A stretch of 63,677 bases of DNA, filler included, from Octopus bimaculoides (Eukaryota): assembly GCF_001194135.2 (NCBI RefSeq). It is 6 parts of 6 records of this genome, joined end to end, with 100 filler letters (N's around TTAATTAATTAA, not from the genome) between each part and the next. Parts side by side here need not be neighbours in the genome. Positions count along the whole stretch, not along the records: positions 47,020 to 55,246 come from NC_068987.1; positions 55,347 to 58,950 come from NC_068983.1; positions 59,051 to 61,773 come from NC_068981.1; positions 61,874 to 63,677 come from NC_068990.1; 2 more parts are not named here. One strand, written 5' to 3'. The notes beneath the pieces were generated by a model, which was given only the letters and a program-made list of their open reading frames with translations, made no database searches and was not told the origin of the DNA. Shown piece after piece: positions 51,028 to 63,677 of the stretch (the first letter of the stretch is position 1; each line of letters opens with the position of its first letter). Made by a program: the position numbers and the translations under genes.

Positions 51028-52906
51028 TTCTCTCAAGCCAAAACTCAAAAATTCCATTCCACCCAAAATAAAATCTCACTACAGAAACACAAAACACACA
51101 CATATACAGCAAACATAAATAACTAATGCTTTTTAATCTCAACAAAAGCACAGCACATCCAAATCATTCAGCCATATAAAACATTTGCTTAAAACAAATC
51201 TATTCGAAATATTTATCTTTAATTACACAGTTAGAATCACTCATGAACATTCACAAAGAAACTTCCTCACTACACGCATATTTTTATTTTTGTTCTTTGA
51301 CCACTGACAAAATAAACACCTATCCCAGATTTAGAAAATAACATCCTAACGCCAGATGACCACATTCTGGCACGCACATATACACTAACAAATATTTCCT
51401 TGATTAAATGTCAAAAAACAAAATTCTGAAGAAATACAAATGCCACGCGCGCACAAGCACACACACAGAGACACAAATACACACAACCACACACACACAA
51501 ACACACACACACAACCACAAACACACACACACACACACACACAAAACACACACACGGACCTACATACAATTCACAAAACAATCTCCAAAATCACTCATTC
51601 GGGAAAAACACCATTCATTAAGGACTTTTTACATAACTCATCCGTAGACCCCCTTTCTAAAAGACAATACACTTAAAACCTTAAACACACGCACACACAA
51701 CCAAGAGAAAACGTCCAAACAGCAACTCTCTAATTCGAAACATTTATAACACCCTCACAACTACCCTTGCAAACACCACATTACAAAACACTACGTTACA
51801 AAATGAAATGAAAACACCACATTACAAAATAACATGATTTACCAATGAATACGGTACAAACACAATGCAGTTAATTAACATGTAAAGCTAATTAATGAAC
51901 AAACATAAGTACTAGGCCTTCTCCCACACATTAAAGGATAAAAATTCACCGCCAATACCGAATTGTAATAGTTTTCTTCTGAAGATAGATTTGTTTATTA
52001 GTCACTTTTCCCCATAGAATGGTATTTCTCTCTGGTTTTCAATCCTACACATTTAATCCGCCTCTGTTCCCAACCTAAATTTAGTCTATCTCAATAATTT
52101 CTGTATCATTATGTTTATCTTCTAAATTTTAGAATTAATCTTTAATTTTATTTCCACTACGTGAACCGTTTTTCTCCACCTCTCTTCCTTTTTACTCTTT
52201 ATCTTATGATGTATGACTCACGTCCGAAATGTTATAACAGTCTATTTCATCGTCTTTGTGAAACTTTGTTTCTGTGGTCTTTCAGTTTGCTTTTTGACTT
52301 TATAGCATATGTATATATGTGTGTATCTATATCTATATATAGATGTATATATAGTGTATCTATATATATATGTATATATGTATATGTATATATNNNNNNN
52401 NNNNNNNNNNNNNNNNNNNNNNNNNNNNNNNNNNNNNNNNNNNNNNNNNNNNNNNNNNNNNNNNNNNNNNNNNNNNNNNNNNNNNNNNNNNNNNNNNNNN
52501 NNNNNNNNNNNNNNNNNNNNNNNNNNNNNNNNNTATATATATACACACACACACACATATATAATTATATGAACAAAGTAGGGTATCAGACTACCACTTG
52601 CTAGAAAGAGAAGCTGACACTCCAAAACCGTAAATTTCTCACTATTAATAAATACGCGCGAAGTTAATGTAGCAAATATAATAAATAGGCTTACCTTGAA
52701 TAAATTACAAAAGCAAGAAACAGACATCCTTGTATCAAATGATTTCACTTTTGTACGTTTTGTATTCGAGGATCGTCAGCCAGGCTAACTGTATTCATGT
52801 ACTTCATTTATTTTGTATGCATCTACCTTATTTCACTGTATTCATCTACTTTATTTGTATATTTTATTTGTATATTTTATCTATATAGGTTAAACTTGCT
52901 AACCAC

Positions 52907-52980
<74 letters not shown>

Positions 52981-52981
<1 letters not shown>

Positions 52982-54716
52982 GACGTCGCACAGTATACCA
53001 TATAGTGAGGTTGTTGATTGAAGATATTGTGTCTACCGGAGGTTTGTACTGTTTGTCAAATTGCAACAAGGACCTCAGACAGACAGTACTTTTCACAATA
53101 TGCGTGCAGTTCCAAGTAATGCCGACGTTTGCAATACATCTAGATTGTAGGGTGCTACTAAGGTTTTCAGATGTTTTTTTTTTCATATTGGGTGATATTC
53201 AACTTAATGCTTCGATGACAATAGGGATAACCTTTATGTTTGATTCTCGTAGCTGCCACATCTTAGCGATCTCAGTTCTCAGGTATCCATATTTATCAAA
53301 CTTCAGTCTTTCTTTCACGTCAATTATTAGGCACTCTTGTTTATCCCTCCTGAAGGTTACTATATCCGGCCTTCAGCGCTCTAACACCTTGTCTGTCTGG
53401 AAATCAAAGTCCCAGAGGATTTTTGCCTTACCCTTTTCATCCATTATCCTTTCCGGTGTACCAAGCACCCGTAACCTCATATCTATACTTACAGCATAGT
53501 AGCCGGTGGAGGTTTTGGGCTACTTTGTCATGTCTTGAACTCTTTCTGCGCAAGACTTTCACAAGCACTAACAATGTGAATCACGCTTTCAACCCTCTTC
53601 CCACACATTCTGCAGAAGTCCGTTGCACTTGTGCGGTGCATATACTTTTTGACTGAGCTGGTATTTAATTTCTGGTCCTGGGCAGCGATGATTAGGCTTC
53701 AGTATTCTTTTTTAGGTCATCGTTGTTGAGCCACCTTCATGATGCTTCCAGGTCTTTTAATTTGTTGGTTTCACGGTGGAACTGACCATGTAATTCCATA
53801 CGGAGTACGGTTTCTTCTCTCTCGTTGGCTGTTCTTGATCGAAATTCATGAGCCCTCTCAAGTTCAATTTGTTAATCCCTTCCGCACTAGCAGAATACTG
53901 TAGCAAGTCTTGTTTGTTGTTTATCAAGTATTTTGCCATGTTTCTTCTTTCACTATTGATGAACTTCCGTACGCTAATCAGCCACGTCCACTTTTACCTC
54001 CATTCATGTAGAGCCTGTGTACATTTGCCTTAGGGTGGAGGGTACCATTCATTGTCATTGTCTTTTGGGTAGTGTGAAATCTCCGCTTGTGTCAATCTCC
54101 GCTTATGCCCATTTCAGGATGGATGCACTATAGCAGACTACAGCAACAGCCCATATGTTGATGGCAGTCACAAAGTTCCTTGAGTTGAGCTTTGATTTCA
54201 AGAGAAGTTTGAGGCGCTTGAAGTGGGCAGTGATGACCTTGTCTTTCATTACTTTGTGCAAGATATTGTCCAGCTCCAGAATCTCAAGGTATTTGTACCC
54301 ATCATCATCCAGATCTTCCATTCTCTTTTCGTTTGGCAATTCTATGCCCCTACAATTTACTGTTTTCCCCCTTTTCAAAGTAAGCACTGCACACTTCGAG
54401 ATACCCAATTCCATCGCTATATCCTTGTTGCACATTTGCAATAAGGCTCTCAACCAGGTTCTCCATTTCAGGCTCTGTTTTTGCGAACAGCTTTAAATCA
54501 ACCATGAAGAGAAGGTGGATGAGTTGAGGTCCATTCTTTCTCAGCTCATAGTGCACGTTGATTTTGCGTAGGACTACAGAAAGTGGGATCAAGGCTATAG
54601 CAAATAACAGAGGTGAACAATGGTCTCCTTGGAAGATACCTCTTTTGATTATTACCTCGGCTACGTGCTGACGCGCTGGTTGTCACAAGAAAGACGTGTT
54701 CTCCAACTAGGCATGC
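52981..54716 (-). mobile_element. 5'-truncated Dong/R4-clade non-LTR retrotransposon (RT, CCHC finger, PD-(D/E)xK endonuclease), flanked on both sides by (TAA)n
   Basis: KRGIFQGDHCSPLLF, HLLFMVDLKLFA (FMDD-type site mutated), YKYLEILE, AAQDQ, CRMCGKRVESVIHIVSAC, ILWDF..QTD, RPDIV ... IIDV, SALLGTARIL. Microsatellite tracts at 52907-52980 and 54717-54866. Confidence 0.93.
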
Positions 54717-54755
54717 TGTTGTTGTTATTGCTGTTGTTGTTGTTCTTCTTCTTCC

Positions 54756-54836
<81 letters not shown>

Positions 54837-54866
54837 CATTATTATTATTATTATTATTATTATCAT

Positions 54867-55246
54867 TCAGTAGTTTTATTTTTATAACGTGCTTTCACTT
54901 CACTACCGAGCGCAGCTCTGTGCGCCTTGGGTATGTGCTGTGGTTTGCTGTGGTGCTCTTATGTTTACTGTATTGAAAGTGTTTTGCGTAGAATGTGTGC
55001 AGTACCCAGTAGTGCAATTTTCTGTATGTTATATATATTATACTTAAGGCACCTAATATGATAGGAATTGTTTCTGTTTTTAGAATCCACATTCGAGTTA
55101 TCTCTATTTCCAGGTCTTTGTATTTTGAATGTTTTTCCATTTCTTTTAGAGAAACGTTGTCATCTGCCTTTTAGAGAAACGTTGTCATCTGCTTTTAGAG
55201 AAACGTTGTCATCTGCCTTTTAGAGAAACGTTGTCATCTGCTTTTA
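54867..55246 (-). mobile_element. 3' end of a second, divergent Dong/R4-like element; 5' side turns into a 24/25-bp tandem repeat
   Basis: ADDNVSLKEMEKHSKYKDLEIEITRMWILKTETIPIILGAL ... LLGTAHILRKTLSIQ, then 3' UTR, ending at the (TAA)n tract. Confidence 0.85.
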
Positions 55247-55439
55247 NNNNNNNNNNNNNNNNNNNNNNNNNNNNNNNNNNNNNNNNNNNNTTAATTAATT
55301 AANNNNNNNNNNNNNNNNNNNNNNNNNNNNNNNNNNNNNNNNNNNNTATATATATAACCAAGAACAAAAGAGCATAAACGTAGTCACACCGGCACACATA
55401 CATACATGCACACACCGAGAAGATAAACATACATTAAAA

Positions 55440-56300
55440 CCTGAGTATAAATAAAAGAGAGGAGGTAATCAATAAAACCATTTAAGGTTAATGAAGAGGA
55501 ATTTGGATATATGCTTACAAGAATAAACTCTTTCATCTCTCGAATTTAAGATAGAACCGTTCATTTTCATAATTATATAAGACTCCTCTAGGCAAAATGG
55601 ACAAGTTCCATTTCTAATCCTATGAGAAGGGGCAGAATAAAAATATTGCAAGAAATAGAGAAATTCGTTATCTCTTAGGTTTCTATACCTTTTTCGATAG
55701 ACTAGTACTAGTGTCTTTCTGAGGATCATTAAAAGATGATTTATGATTATTCAAACGTAATTTAAAAGTGGTCTGTGTGAAACCTATCTAATGGAACCTT
55801 GAGAGATCACATTTAGTAATAGTGGCGTTTTATACAACATGTTTCATTTTAAAATACCTTTAACCTTACAGATGTTAGGGTTTCTACAGCTACAATTGTT
55901 ACTAATATTAGACGCACTGTTGCTATGGGTATATGTATTGATAGAGATAGGGTTTGCGTGGGTATGGAGATCGTTGGTAGAGGATATGTGGCTATTTGAG
56001 TAAATAGGGTTAGTATTAGTAGTAGGAGAGCTTAACTTCTTGTAGAAAATATTTACGTTTCTGTTGTTAAAGGAAGAAATAATCCTAAATAAGTTCGGAG
56101 AAACAGAAAAGCCAAATCTAATCATTCTGTTTTTGAATATCCCAGCATACCGAGATTCACTAAAATTAGATTTAATAATAGAACGAATAGACTTTATAAA
56201 GTTAGACTTCAAATGTTTAGCAAAAAGGAATATAAACCAAATTGTGGAATTAATGTGTTTCCTGTTGGTATGGTGGTTTTAATTATACGGGTCACCCATT
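55440..56300 (-). pseudogene. Penelope-like element C-terminus with GIY-YIG endonuclease (Neptune-like cysteine-rich linker)
   Basis: RKHINSTIWFIFLFAKHLKSNF ... FSVSPNLFRIISSFN ... NCSCRNPNIC, then HVV.NATIT ... IGFTQTTFKLRLNNHKSSF ... STSLSK ... CPFCLEESYII ... LNSRDE ... CKH. Frameshifted. Confidence 0.82.
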
Positions 56301-57703
56301 CGACGATATGGTATATGTTTCTTTTTACCTCTGCTGTTTTCTGCTGTCCATCGTAAATAAACATACGTACATACATACATATTTATTGCAGAAAAACGTT
56401 ACTGAGGTTTAAAGTTTAATCATTTTCAATTAATCAGTAAACAAGATTTAGGAGCTGGCATTTTCTGCAAGATAGTTGTTTATCACAGAATGAAAGCAAA
56501 ATCATTATACGAGGAGCAATTTTTATTTAACAAACTAAGGAAAAACATTACGACGATTAAAGTTGTAAGAACGTCTGAAGTTTTAATAAATTTTTTGTTT
56601 GCCTTTAAAATTTAATTCAGTATTAAGAGTAGCAGAATTATTATTTCTTGGTGTAAATTAACAACGCTTTTTTGCTTTCAGACAGCATGATTGGATTTTC
56701 AGAATAGCAGGATTCAGATGTTTTTCTTCATCTTCAGGCAAATTGACACGAACTGTAGCTGAATTGTAGGTTTTATTTTTATTTTGCATGAATGTCGACT
56801 AACAAACTCCCTTTGCCATAACAGAGGCGGTTGAACCCTCCTGCCTTCAGTGGAGGTATCGGCTATTTTTGCATTTAAAAATTTTTTATATCAGTCATGG
56901 CTTTACTATTCATATGATCATATCCCCTTCTTACTATTGCACTGATATACCCTGTCTTTCTAGGTCTTCTTATTATATATAGGTATGGCTCTTTTAATTC
57001 TTGATTTTACAATAAAATTAGTATTACATTAATATTTACTATTTTATAGAAAATTATTTTTCAGAATGAATTTTCGCATTCTTTTGTGACTCGTTCGTGT
57101 TATGAACTCTGTTTCAATATAAAAAATGCAGTGAAGATATAGGAACTAATATATTTTACAATTATAATTACATTTCCCATCCATAAAATTCTTATTTTAA
57201 TTCAATCATCAACAATGAAAAATAATTCAAATATTTTTTACCAAAAGAATATTTATTACTTTTATTGCTTTGCCTGGAAAAACGTGGATTACAATGAAAA
57301 TGCGGGTGCATGCATGTTAATATTCTAATATTAAGTTATTTCTAATGTCAAGTTATTACACCTAAAAAAAGACAGTAGGATTGGCCTAATTCGTCACATC
57401 TGAAGGAAACTAAAAAAGTACTTAAAAGTAAAAATTCAACTGTACTTCAAATATTGCAGCCGAGAATAACATTTTAAAAATTAAAATACATTATATTAGA
57501 TGAATTTGAGATAATTTATTTTATAGCTTATGAGGATGTAGAAAGACGATTCAATCTTTAAAAACATAGTACAAAAATAATCAAAAAGAAACTGAAACAA
57601 AATTTGATATTTTTTTAATCATGTCTTTTGAAATATACATTTAAAAAAGTCATTGTATTTCGTCGTATCAAGTACAAACAATGGAATATAAAGAGGTAAA
57701 TAA

Positions 57704-57873
57704 TATTCTTTTCTACCCAAGGCACATGGCACACAATTTTGGGGGAGGAGCCAAGTCGATTAGATCAACCCCATCACGCAACTGATACTTAATCTATCGA
57801 CTCCCAAAGGATGGAAGGCAAAGTTGACCTCAGCAGAATTTGAAGTCAGAACGTAAAGACAGACGAAATACCA
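57704..57873 (-). mobile_element. SINE family B, right half (from TGGTAT through the B box to the 3' end)
   Basis: Minus strand: TGGTATTTCGTCTGTCTTTACGTTCTGACTTCAAATTCTGCTGAGGTCAACTTTGCCTTCCATCCTTTGGG ... CCTTGGGTAGAAAAGAAT. Confidence 0.9.
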
Positions 57874-58950
57874 ATTTCTTTATTGCCCACAGGGGGCCAA
57901 ACATAGAATGGTACAAAACAACTGATTGGGATCAGTAATGCGAATGGTTTACATAAATATGACTAAAAATTTTATAAAATATAAAAAATCGAATGATATT
58001 AACAGTACGTTAGACAACACAAATGAAGCGATGATCAGGCCGCGCTCCGACCCCACAAGCCCTGATCTGATCTATCGCTGGCACCTTTTTTATTCTTTTT
58101 TTTTCTGACTATTCACACGGTTCCTTGCACGCACAACACTCTTGCAACATGCTACCATCTCTTTTGGAACGTACACTCCGACAAACATCTCCTCTCCAGC
58201 CACAGTTTCCTTTTCAAATGAAAGTCAAAAATGAACGTAAATTGTGGCCAGAGATAAAGTTGCCTGTCTTAATTCCTTTTATCCTCGTCTTCCATACTAC
58301 CTCTTTCGCTATTGCTACAACCGTGAGAAAACAATTCTTACCTTCGTTTGTTAAAACTCCCGGTGGGTCAGTTTTTATAATTGACTCAGTCGACAGCTGT
58401 ACTCTTCCCTGGCCAGACAACAGGTGTTCAGGATAAGCCACATTTCAGATATTTCCGGACATTGAACAATAGCATGAGGGACGGTTTCCTGTCTCTCCCG
58501 CATCTTGGACAGGTCGGCAACTGACGCTTACCGTGTCTTACAAGCTTATCCCAAACGGGCAAGGCACCTCTGTAGCATTGCCAGGTTAAGGACATTTGGA
58601 AGTTGTCCAACGTTCTCAACCCGAATGTACGGTGAAACAGGCTGTCCAGTTGAATAAATCCGAGACCTAGAGTCGCCCCTAGACCATCGTCGCATTCAGA
58701 CTCTACCAACCCACTATATAAAATCCGTGTGGAACCCCCACCGCTGGCGTTTCCCGAGTGCCGGAAAAGCAAGAGGGCCTTACGACACTTTTTATGCCAT
58801 TCACTCGACCTCGGTCTACGAGAACACCAGGCTTCCTGCTCGCAAAAACTTTTGAACTCGGGGAACATTTGTCTGGCCAGTGGAGACCACACCCGTTCAC
58901 TATCCAGGAGAATCCAGAGGTGCCTCAATCTCAACGCATGCCTGCGCATC
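57874..58950 (-). mobile_element. Tx1/L1-like retrotransposon 3' part (ORF2 zinc-knuckle C-terminus plus 3' UTR) joined to SINE B
   Basis: LTWQCYRGALPVWDKL ... CPRCG, frameshift, ETVPHAIVQC ... AKEVVWKTR ... FQKRW: the L1/Tx1 ORF2 C-terminal CCHC region. Ends AATAAAGAAAT; the 5' part runs into a gap. Confidence 0.88.
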
Positions 58951-59112
58951 NNNNNNNNNNNNNNNNNNNNNNNNNNNNNNNNNNNNNNNNNNNNTTAATT
59001 AATTAANNNNNNNNNNNNNNNNNNNNNNNNNNNNNNNNNNNNNNNNNNNNTGGAATCAAAGTTGCACAAGATTGGTCCCGGACGGCAGAGTTGCTTGAGA
59101 GCAACGCGACAC

Positions 59113-59163
<51 letters not shown>

Positions 59164-59164
59164 C

Positions 59165-59197
<33 letters not shown>

Positions 59198-59220
59198 TAC
59201 AGACAGACAGACAGACAGAC

Positions 59221-59264
<44 letters not shown>

Positions 59265-59283
59265 TGAGATAGATAGATAGATA
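59113..59283. repeat. (GATA)n/(GACA)n tract; similar tracts at 29396-29460, 32947-33013, 44849-44925, 59620-59715, 61893-62075 and 63097-63183
   Basis: Direct reading. Confidence 0.95.
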
Positions 59284-59652
59284 TCAACTGTTTGATTATT
59301 CCTTTTTATTATGCCGTGCTTGAAGTAGTGATTTTGTGGCATATTGTAATTCTGTCGGCGACAACGTGCTTCATAGGTAAGAGTGAAATAGTAGTAGTAG
59401 TAGTAGTAGCAGCAGCAGTAGTAGTAGTAGTAGTAGGAGGAGGAGGAACTGTTAATAAGCAATTCCGCTTCTTTTGGTGAAAGTCGTGTAGATGGTAGAT
59501 GTAGTGATGACATTGATGGATTCTAATTGTGGGGGAAATCATGAGAGTGCTAAAGACACAGATGGTTGTGGATGTACCGGAACGTTTTTTGTATCGATCT
59601 TCATCGACGGATAGACAACAGACAGACAGATAGATAGATAGATAGATCGATC

Positions 59653-59688
<36 letters not shown>

Positions 59689-60658
59689 CATAAAAAATAC
59701 ATAAACAGATAGATAGACATGATGAATTTGATGTAGATTGTATTATGTCGTATTCCAAGTTCAGCACATGGCGAGAAAAAGCTTATCATTATTTTGTTTT
59801 GTTTTCTTCTTCTTTTTCTTTTGTATTATCAGGACTATTTTGTCGAATTAGTTCTTTACTTCTAAAAATATTGTAGTTTATTATTTCCAACATGTTCACT
59901 AACAGAACATATATATGTTCCTTGATGGTCATAGTAGCTTTGATGCATGTAGCAACTTCGTTGAATGTTATAGAACCGTACGTTACTAGTGGTTATTTTC
60001 ACAATAGGGGATAAATGGTGATTAGAACTGGTATTCTGAGGTTCTTGTTGCTATAGTTTAGCTCAGACTATCTCTGTTTGAGTAGATCTCTGCCCAAAGT
60101 AATTTTAGCCGTAATCAGCTTGTAGTTTTAATCTTGTCTAAGACTACAATATTAATGTTCTTTCAAGTAAAGAATGAACAAATTATGTTATTGAGTTGCT
60201 ATTTCTAGGAGGGCGATCGACCATAAAAATAATCTTGCATTAGTGTTTCTGAAGAATATAGCGCTGGCATTATTGATAATGCGCACAAGAGTGGTGTTGG
60301 ATTTTAACATAATGAAACCAATTCGTGTTATTCACTTTGCCCTCCCCTTTTCTCATTAATTTTAATATATTGTAATCCTGTCATTGTTACAGATTCTTCA
60401 TTTAATCTTTTCCCACGCTTCTTTCACAGCTTTCCTTTCTTCTATATTCTCCTTTTACTATATCTTAACTTCTTCCTATTTCGATAAAATTCTCCCAATT
60501 CTTAAAGCGTTTTCTGTTTTTTTTTTCCATTTACTTGTCTTGTTTAATTCATTCTAATCTCATTTCTTCGTATTGCTGTTACATCTCTATTCAATCTTTG
60601 TTTCCAAATTCGGATTAATCTCACATTTTATATATATATATGTATGTATGTATGTATG

Positions 60659-60689
<31 letters not shown>

Positions 60690-60709
60690 ATATGCATTAT
60701 ATATGCATG

Positions 60710-60755
<46 letters not shown>

Positions 60756-61892
60756 GTAGTATATTGCCACTTAAGTGTNNNNNNNNNNTATATATATATA
60801 TATATATATATTTGATTCCAGTACAAGTATGATCAAAGACTGGTACTGATTGAAGCTATGTCTCGATCTCCTCCACAGAAAATAAGATACTAGGCCGGTA
60901 TCTTCAAACCTTAACATAGGCTACCCTGAATTGGCAATCATATACACCCTCTGCTCTGAAACAAGATGAGTTCCTCACGGTTGTATGTCGACGATCAGTG
61001 TGTTGAACAAACAATAAATAGCAACATATTACAAAATAACGGGTTGTATCATAGAACGTTACTTATCAACACATGAACTACTAAGATTTGTCATGATACT
61101 GTTAAAACATATGAACCACAACTTTATTATTCATGCATGTATTGCTGTATGTCATTCGCTGAACACATTCAACAGTGCTGTGATCAGATGTATTTTAGCC
61201 ATGACTATCTTGCAATATTTCAGATAAAATGTAGCCAGAATCACACAAAATGAAATGTCTTTATTTCCCAGTGATAATACTAGAAATAGAAATAGCGTGA
61301 CAATTGAAGCCAATATATATAATGGAATTATTTAGGTAGGATTGTATATATTTACATATATAACTAAAGATAGATATAGATAGAGAGATAGATAGATAAA
61401 TAGATAGATAGATACACAGATACATACATACATACATACATGTAAACAATATATTAATGTATGTATGAATATATTATTCTATAGTATATATGTATATGAG
61501 CACACGTGCATGGCACAGACGCACACATACAAACACACACATGCATCGGTGCGCACACACTGACACACAACACATATATATGTATGTATGTATTTAGCGG
61601 AAAGTTTTAAATTTAAAAGAGAGATTTGACGCTAACATCCATTATTATTGAAATTTATTCCTATGTCAACATTTCTGTATAAGGCTATATATGACTTTCA
61701 AATTTAAGTCAAACATATAATTTGCCTTACACGTCTTCAGGGAAATAAACAAAAAATCAAGAACAAGAGGTACNNNNNNNNNNNNNNNNNNNNNNNNNNN
61801 NNNNNNNNNNNNNNNNNTTAATTAATTAANNNNNNNNNNNNNNNNNNNNNNNNNNNNNNNNNNNNNNNNNNNNGTGACAGCACGTCCGTGAG

Positions 61893-61966
<74 letters not shown>

Positions 61967-62017
61967 CAGACAGATAGCAGACAGACAAACAGACAGACAA
62001 ACAGACAGACAGACAGG

Positions 62018-62049
<32 letters not shown>

Positions 62050-62177
62050 TAGATAGATAGATAGATAGATAGATATCATTTTCCGAAGCGCTAGGTTACG
62101 GGAATGTAACCAAACCAGCACTGGCTGTCAAGCAGTAATGGGGGACAAACAGAAACAAAAAGACACTTATAAATATA

Positions 62178-62930
62178 TGCTGGGGTTTGAACTAGATTTG
62201 TCATCTTAAAATAAAAGTTTTGTCTTTAAAAATCAGAGTATCAATTAGATTATGGCTGCGAAATAACAGTTTACTCGAAGTAGCCGCATTAGCTTCCACT
62301 GCGGCCTCAACGCTGATCCAGAATCAGCTGCATGCGTTCCTCACTGGGAAGATTTTCGACCACCTCCCTCATCTTGGCCACCAGGTCCGTCTTGGTGTTG
62401 CAGTCAGTGCGGTTGTTGCCTTTCTCAACCGCACCCAACACATAGTCATCCATGCGATTACAATCGGTTGCCAGAAATTGGGGCTGGTGAAGGCGTATAC
62501 ATTCACCGACAACCACTTCTTACTCTTTCTGGAGGTATGGCAAAGAGTTGAATTCTGCTGGCACATATACGGGCTTCTATCAGCAACCGTCTCCAACCAG
62601 TTTTGACCACAGTCTCCGGCAGCTCCCCATAAACATCTGAATTGAACCTAAGTCTGTGTTCATCAGTTGTTGGATGTATGTCGGCGTATGGACGCAGTCA
62701 GTATACCTACAGTGTCCCTTTCTGTTCGCCGCAGCTTTGTCATCGTCACCCTAGCAGATCTCCGTATCACAATTCTCCATGTCACGGCTTTTATGTTGTG
62801 CACAGAGCATTTGCAGCAGCCATGGCGTGTGGATTTTGACACTTGGTGGGAACTATCATCATATAGGCAATTCTTCTTTCTCCAATTTTTCAGATAGCTT
62901 CCAGTCTGCCATGACAGCTAACTTCCTCTC
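62178..62930 (-). mobile_element. Tc1/mariner-superfamily transposase remnant, maT/DD37D-like, with one decayed TIR at ~62178
   Basis: WLETVADRSPYMCQQNSTLCHTSRKSKKWL ... SPNFW, small deletion, DCNRMDDYVLGAVEK ... CNTKTDLVAKMREV ... EAAVEANAATSSKL (cf. QQDSAPCHTS ... FWPPNSPDCNPMDYYVWG). DD37D spacing is inferred by restoring the deletion. Confidence 0.78.
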
Positions 62931-62964
62931 AATTACAATTTTAATATTTATGCCTTACAAAAAG

Positions 62965-63095
62965 CGGTGGGCCAGTACATTCGTTAGCACGCCGGGCTAT
63001 ATTTCATCTTAACGATATTTCATCCGTCTTCAAGTTCTAAGTTCAAAATCTGCCGAGGTTTGCTTTGCCTTTCATACTTTAGGGGCCAATAACAT
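62965..63095 (+). mobile_element. SINE family B, decayed, target site unoccupied
   Basis: GTTAGCACGCCGGGC ... TTAACGATATTTCATCCG ... AAGTTCAAAATCTGCCGAGG ... GCCTTTCATACTTTAGGGG. Confidence 0.8.
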
Positions 63096-63137
<42 letters not shown>

Positions 63138-63142
63138 CAGAT

Positions 63143-63173
<31 letters not shown>

Positions 63174-63677
63174 TAGATAGATCCCAATATTTTTATATGA
63201 GACAGCAAAATAGCTGTTCAGTAAATGCCAAATAGAAACAAAACGCTGAAAGCAAATTATAGGTAATGAAGAAAATATTTGCATTCGTAATATATAACTT
63301 AAGGATTTCATGTAAAGTACACCAACGTATTTTTTGCTATTTATGTGATTTATAATAGAAAATAAATAATTTTGAAAACGCTTATAGAAGCTAATAAATA
63401 TTTCTAAAAAGGAAAATGGCTTCTCTGATCATTTACGTGTGTACAATATTTCATAATTTCCCAGCAAATAATTAATGAGTAATAGTCTTGATAGAGTGTT
63501 TTATGAGATTTTCTGCATACATTTTCTGGTGTGGCTGTTTTTGTGATGCGAATTATTCTTTTCTTGTTCCTGTAGTACGTGTATATGTGTCTAAATGTAT
63601 ATAAAGAGATGTGTGTTTGCGTGCACGTACGCAAATATACATGCACACACGCATATGTGTGTGAATGTATACGTATG

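Noticed and set aside
56300-57700. AT-rich unique-looking region with short open frames
   Set aside because: No supportable ORF, splice pair, terminal repeat or family motif was found by manual reading.

Overview
Eukaryotic, repeat-saturated, gap-rich draft sequence. It is most likely from an octopus genome, inferred from recognised octopod tRNA-derived SINE families and extreme microsatellite density; the species is not verifiable here. No host protein-coding gene can be supported. Bases 1-9.9 kb are a purine-rich ~200-bp two-module satellite. The rest is microsatellite and low-complexity DNA interleaved with SINEs and decayed transposons: four Penelope-like remnants, three Dong/R4-like remnants, a CR1-like 3' end, two Tc1/mariner-superfamily transposases and a Helitron 3' end. 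The most notable signal is two divergent Tx1/L1-like retroelements inserted at the same nucleotide of the same SINE family, between its Pol III A and B boxes. The copy at 41.7-43.3 kb shows both junctions and a CGGTAT target-site duplication; the copy at 57.9-58.95 kb shows the 3' junction. Both end in a GCCC-N5-GGGY hairpin plus AATAAAGAAAT with no poly(A). This points to a possible SINE-targeting, sequence-specific retrotransposon lineage, perhaps with a short non-autonomous partner. All translations and alignments were done by eye; coordinates of decayed elements are approximate.
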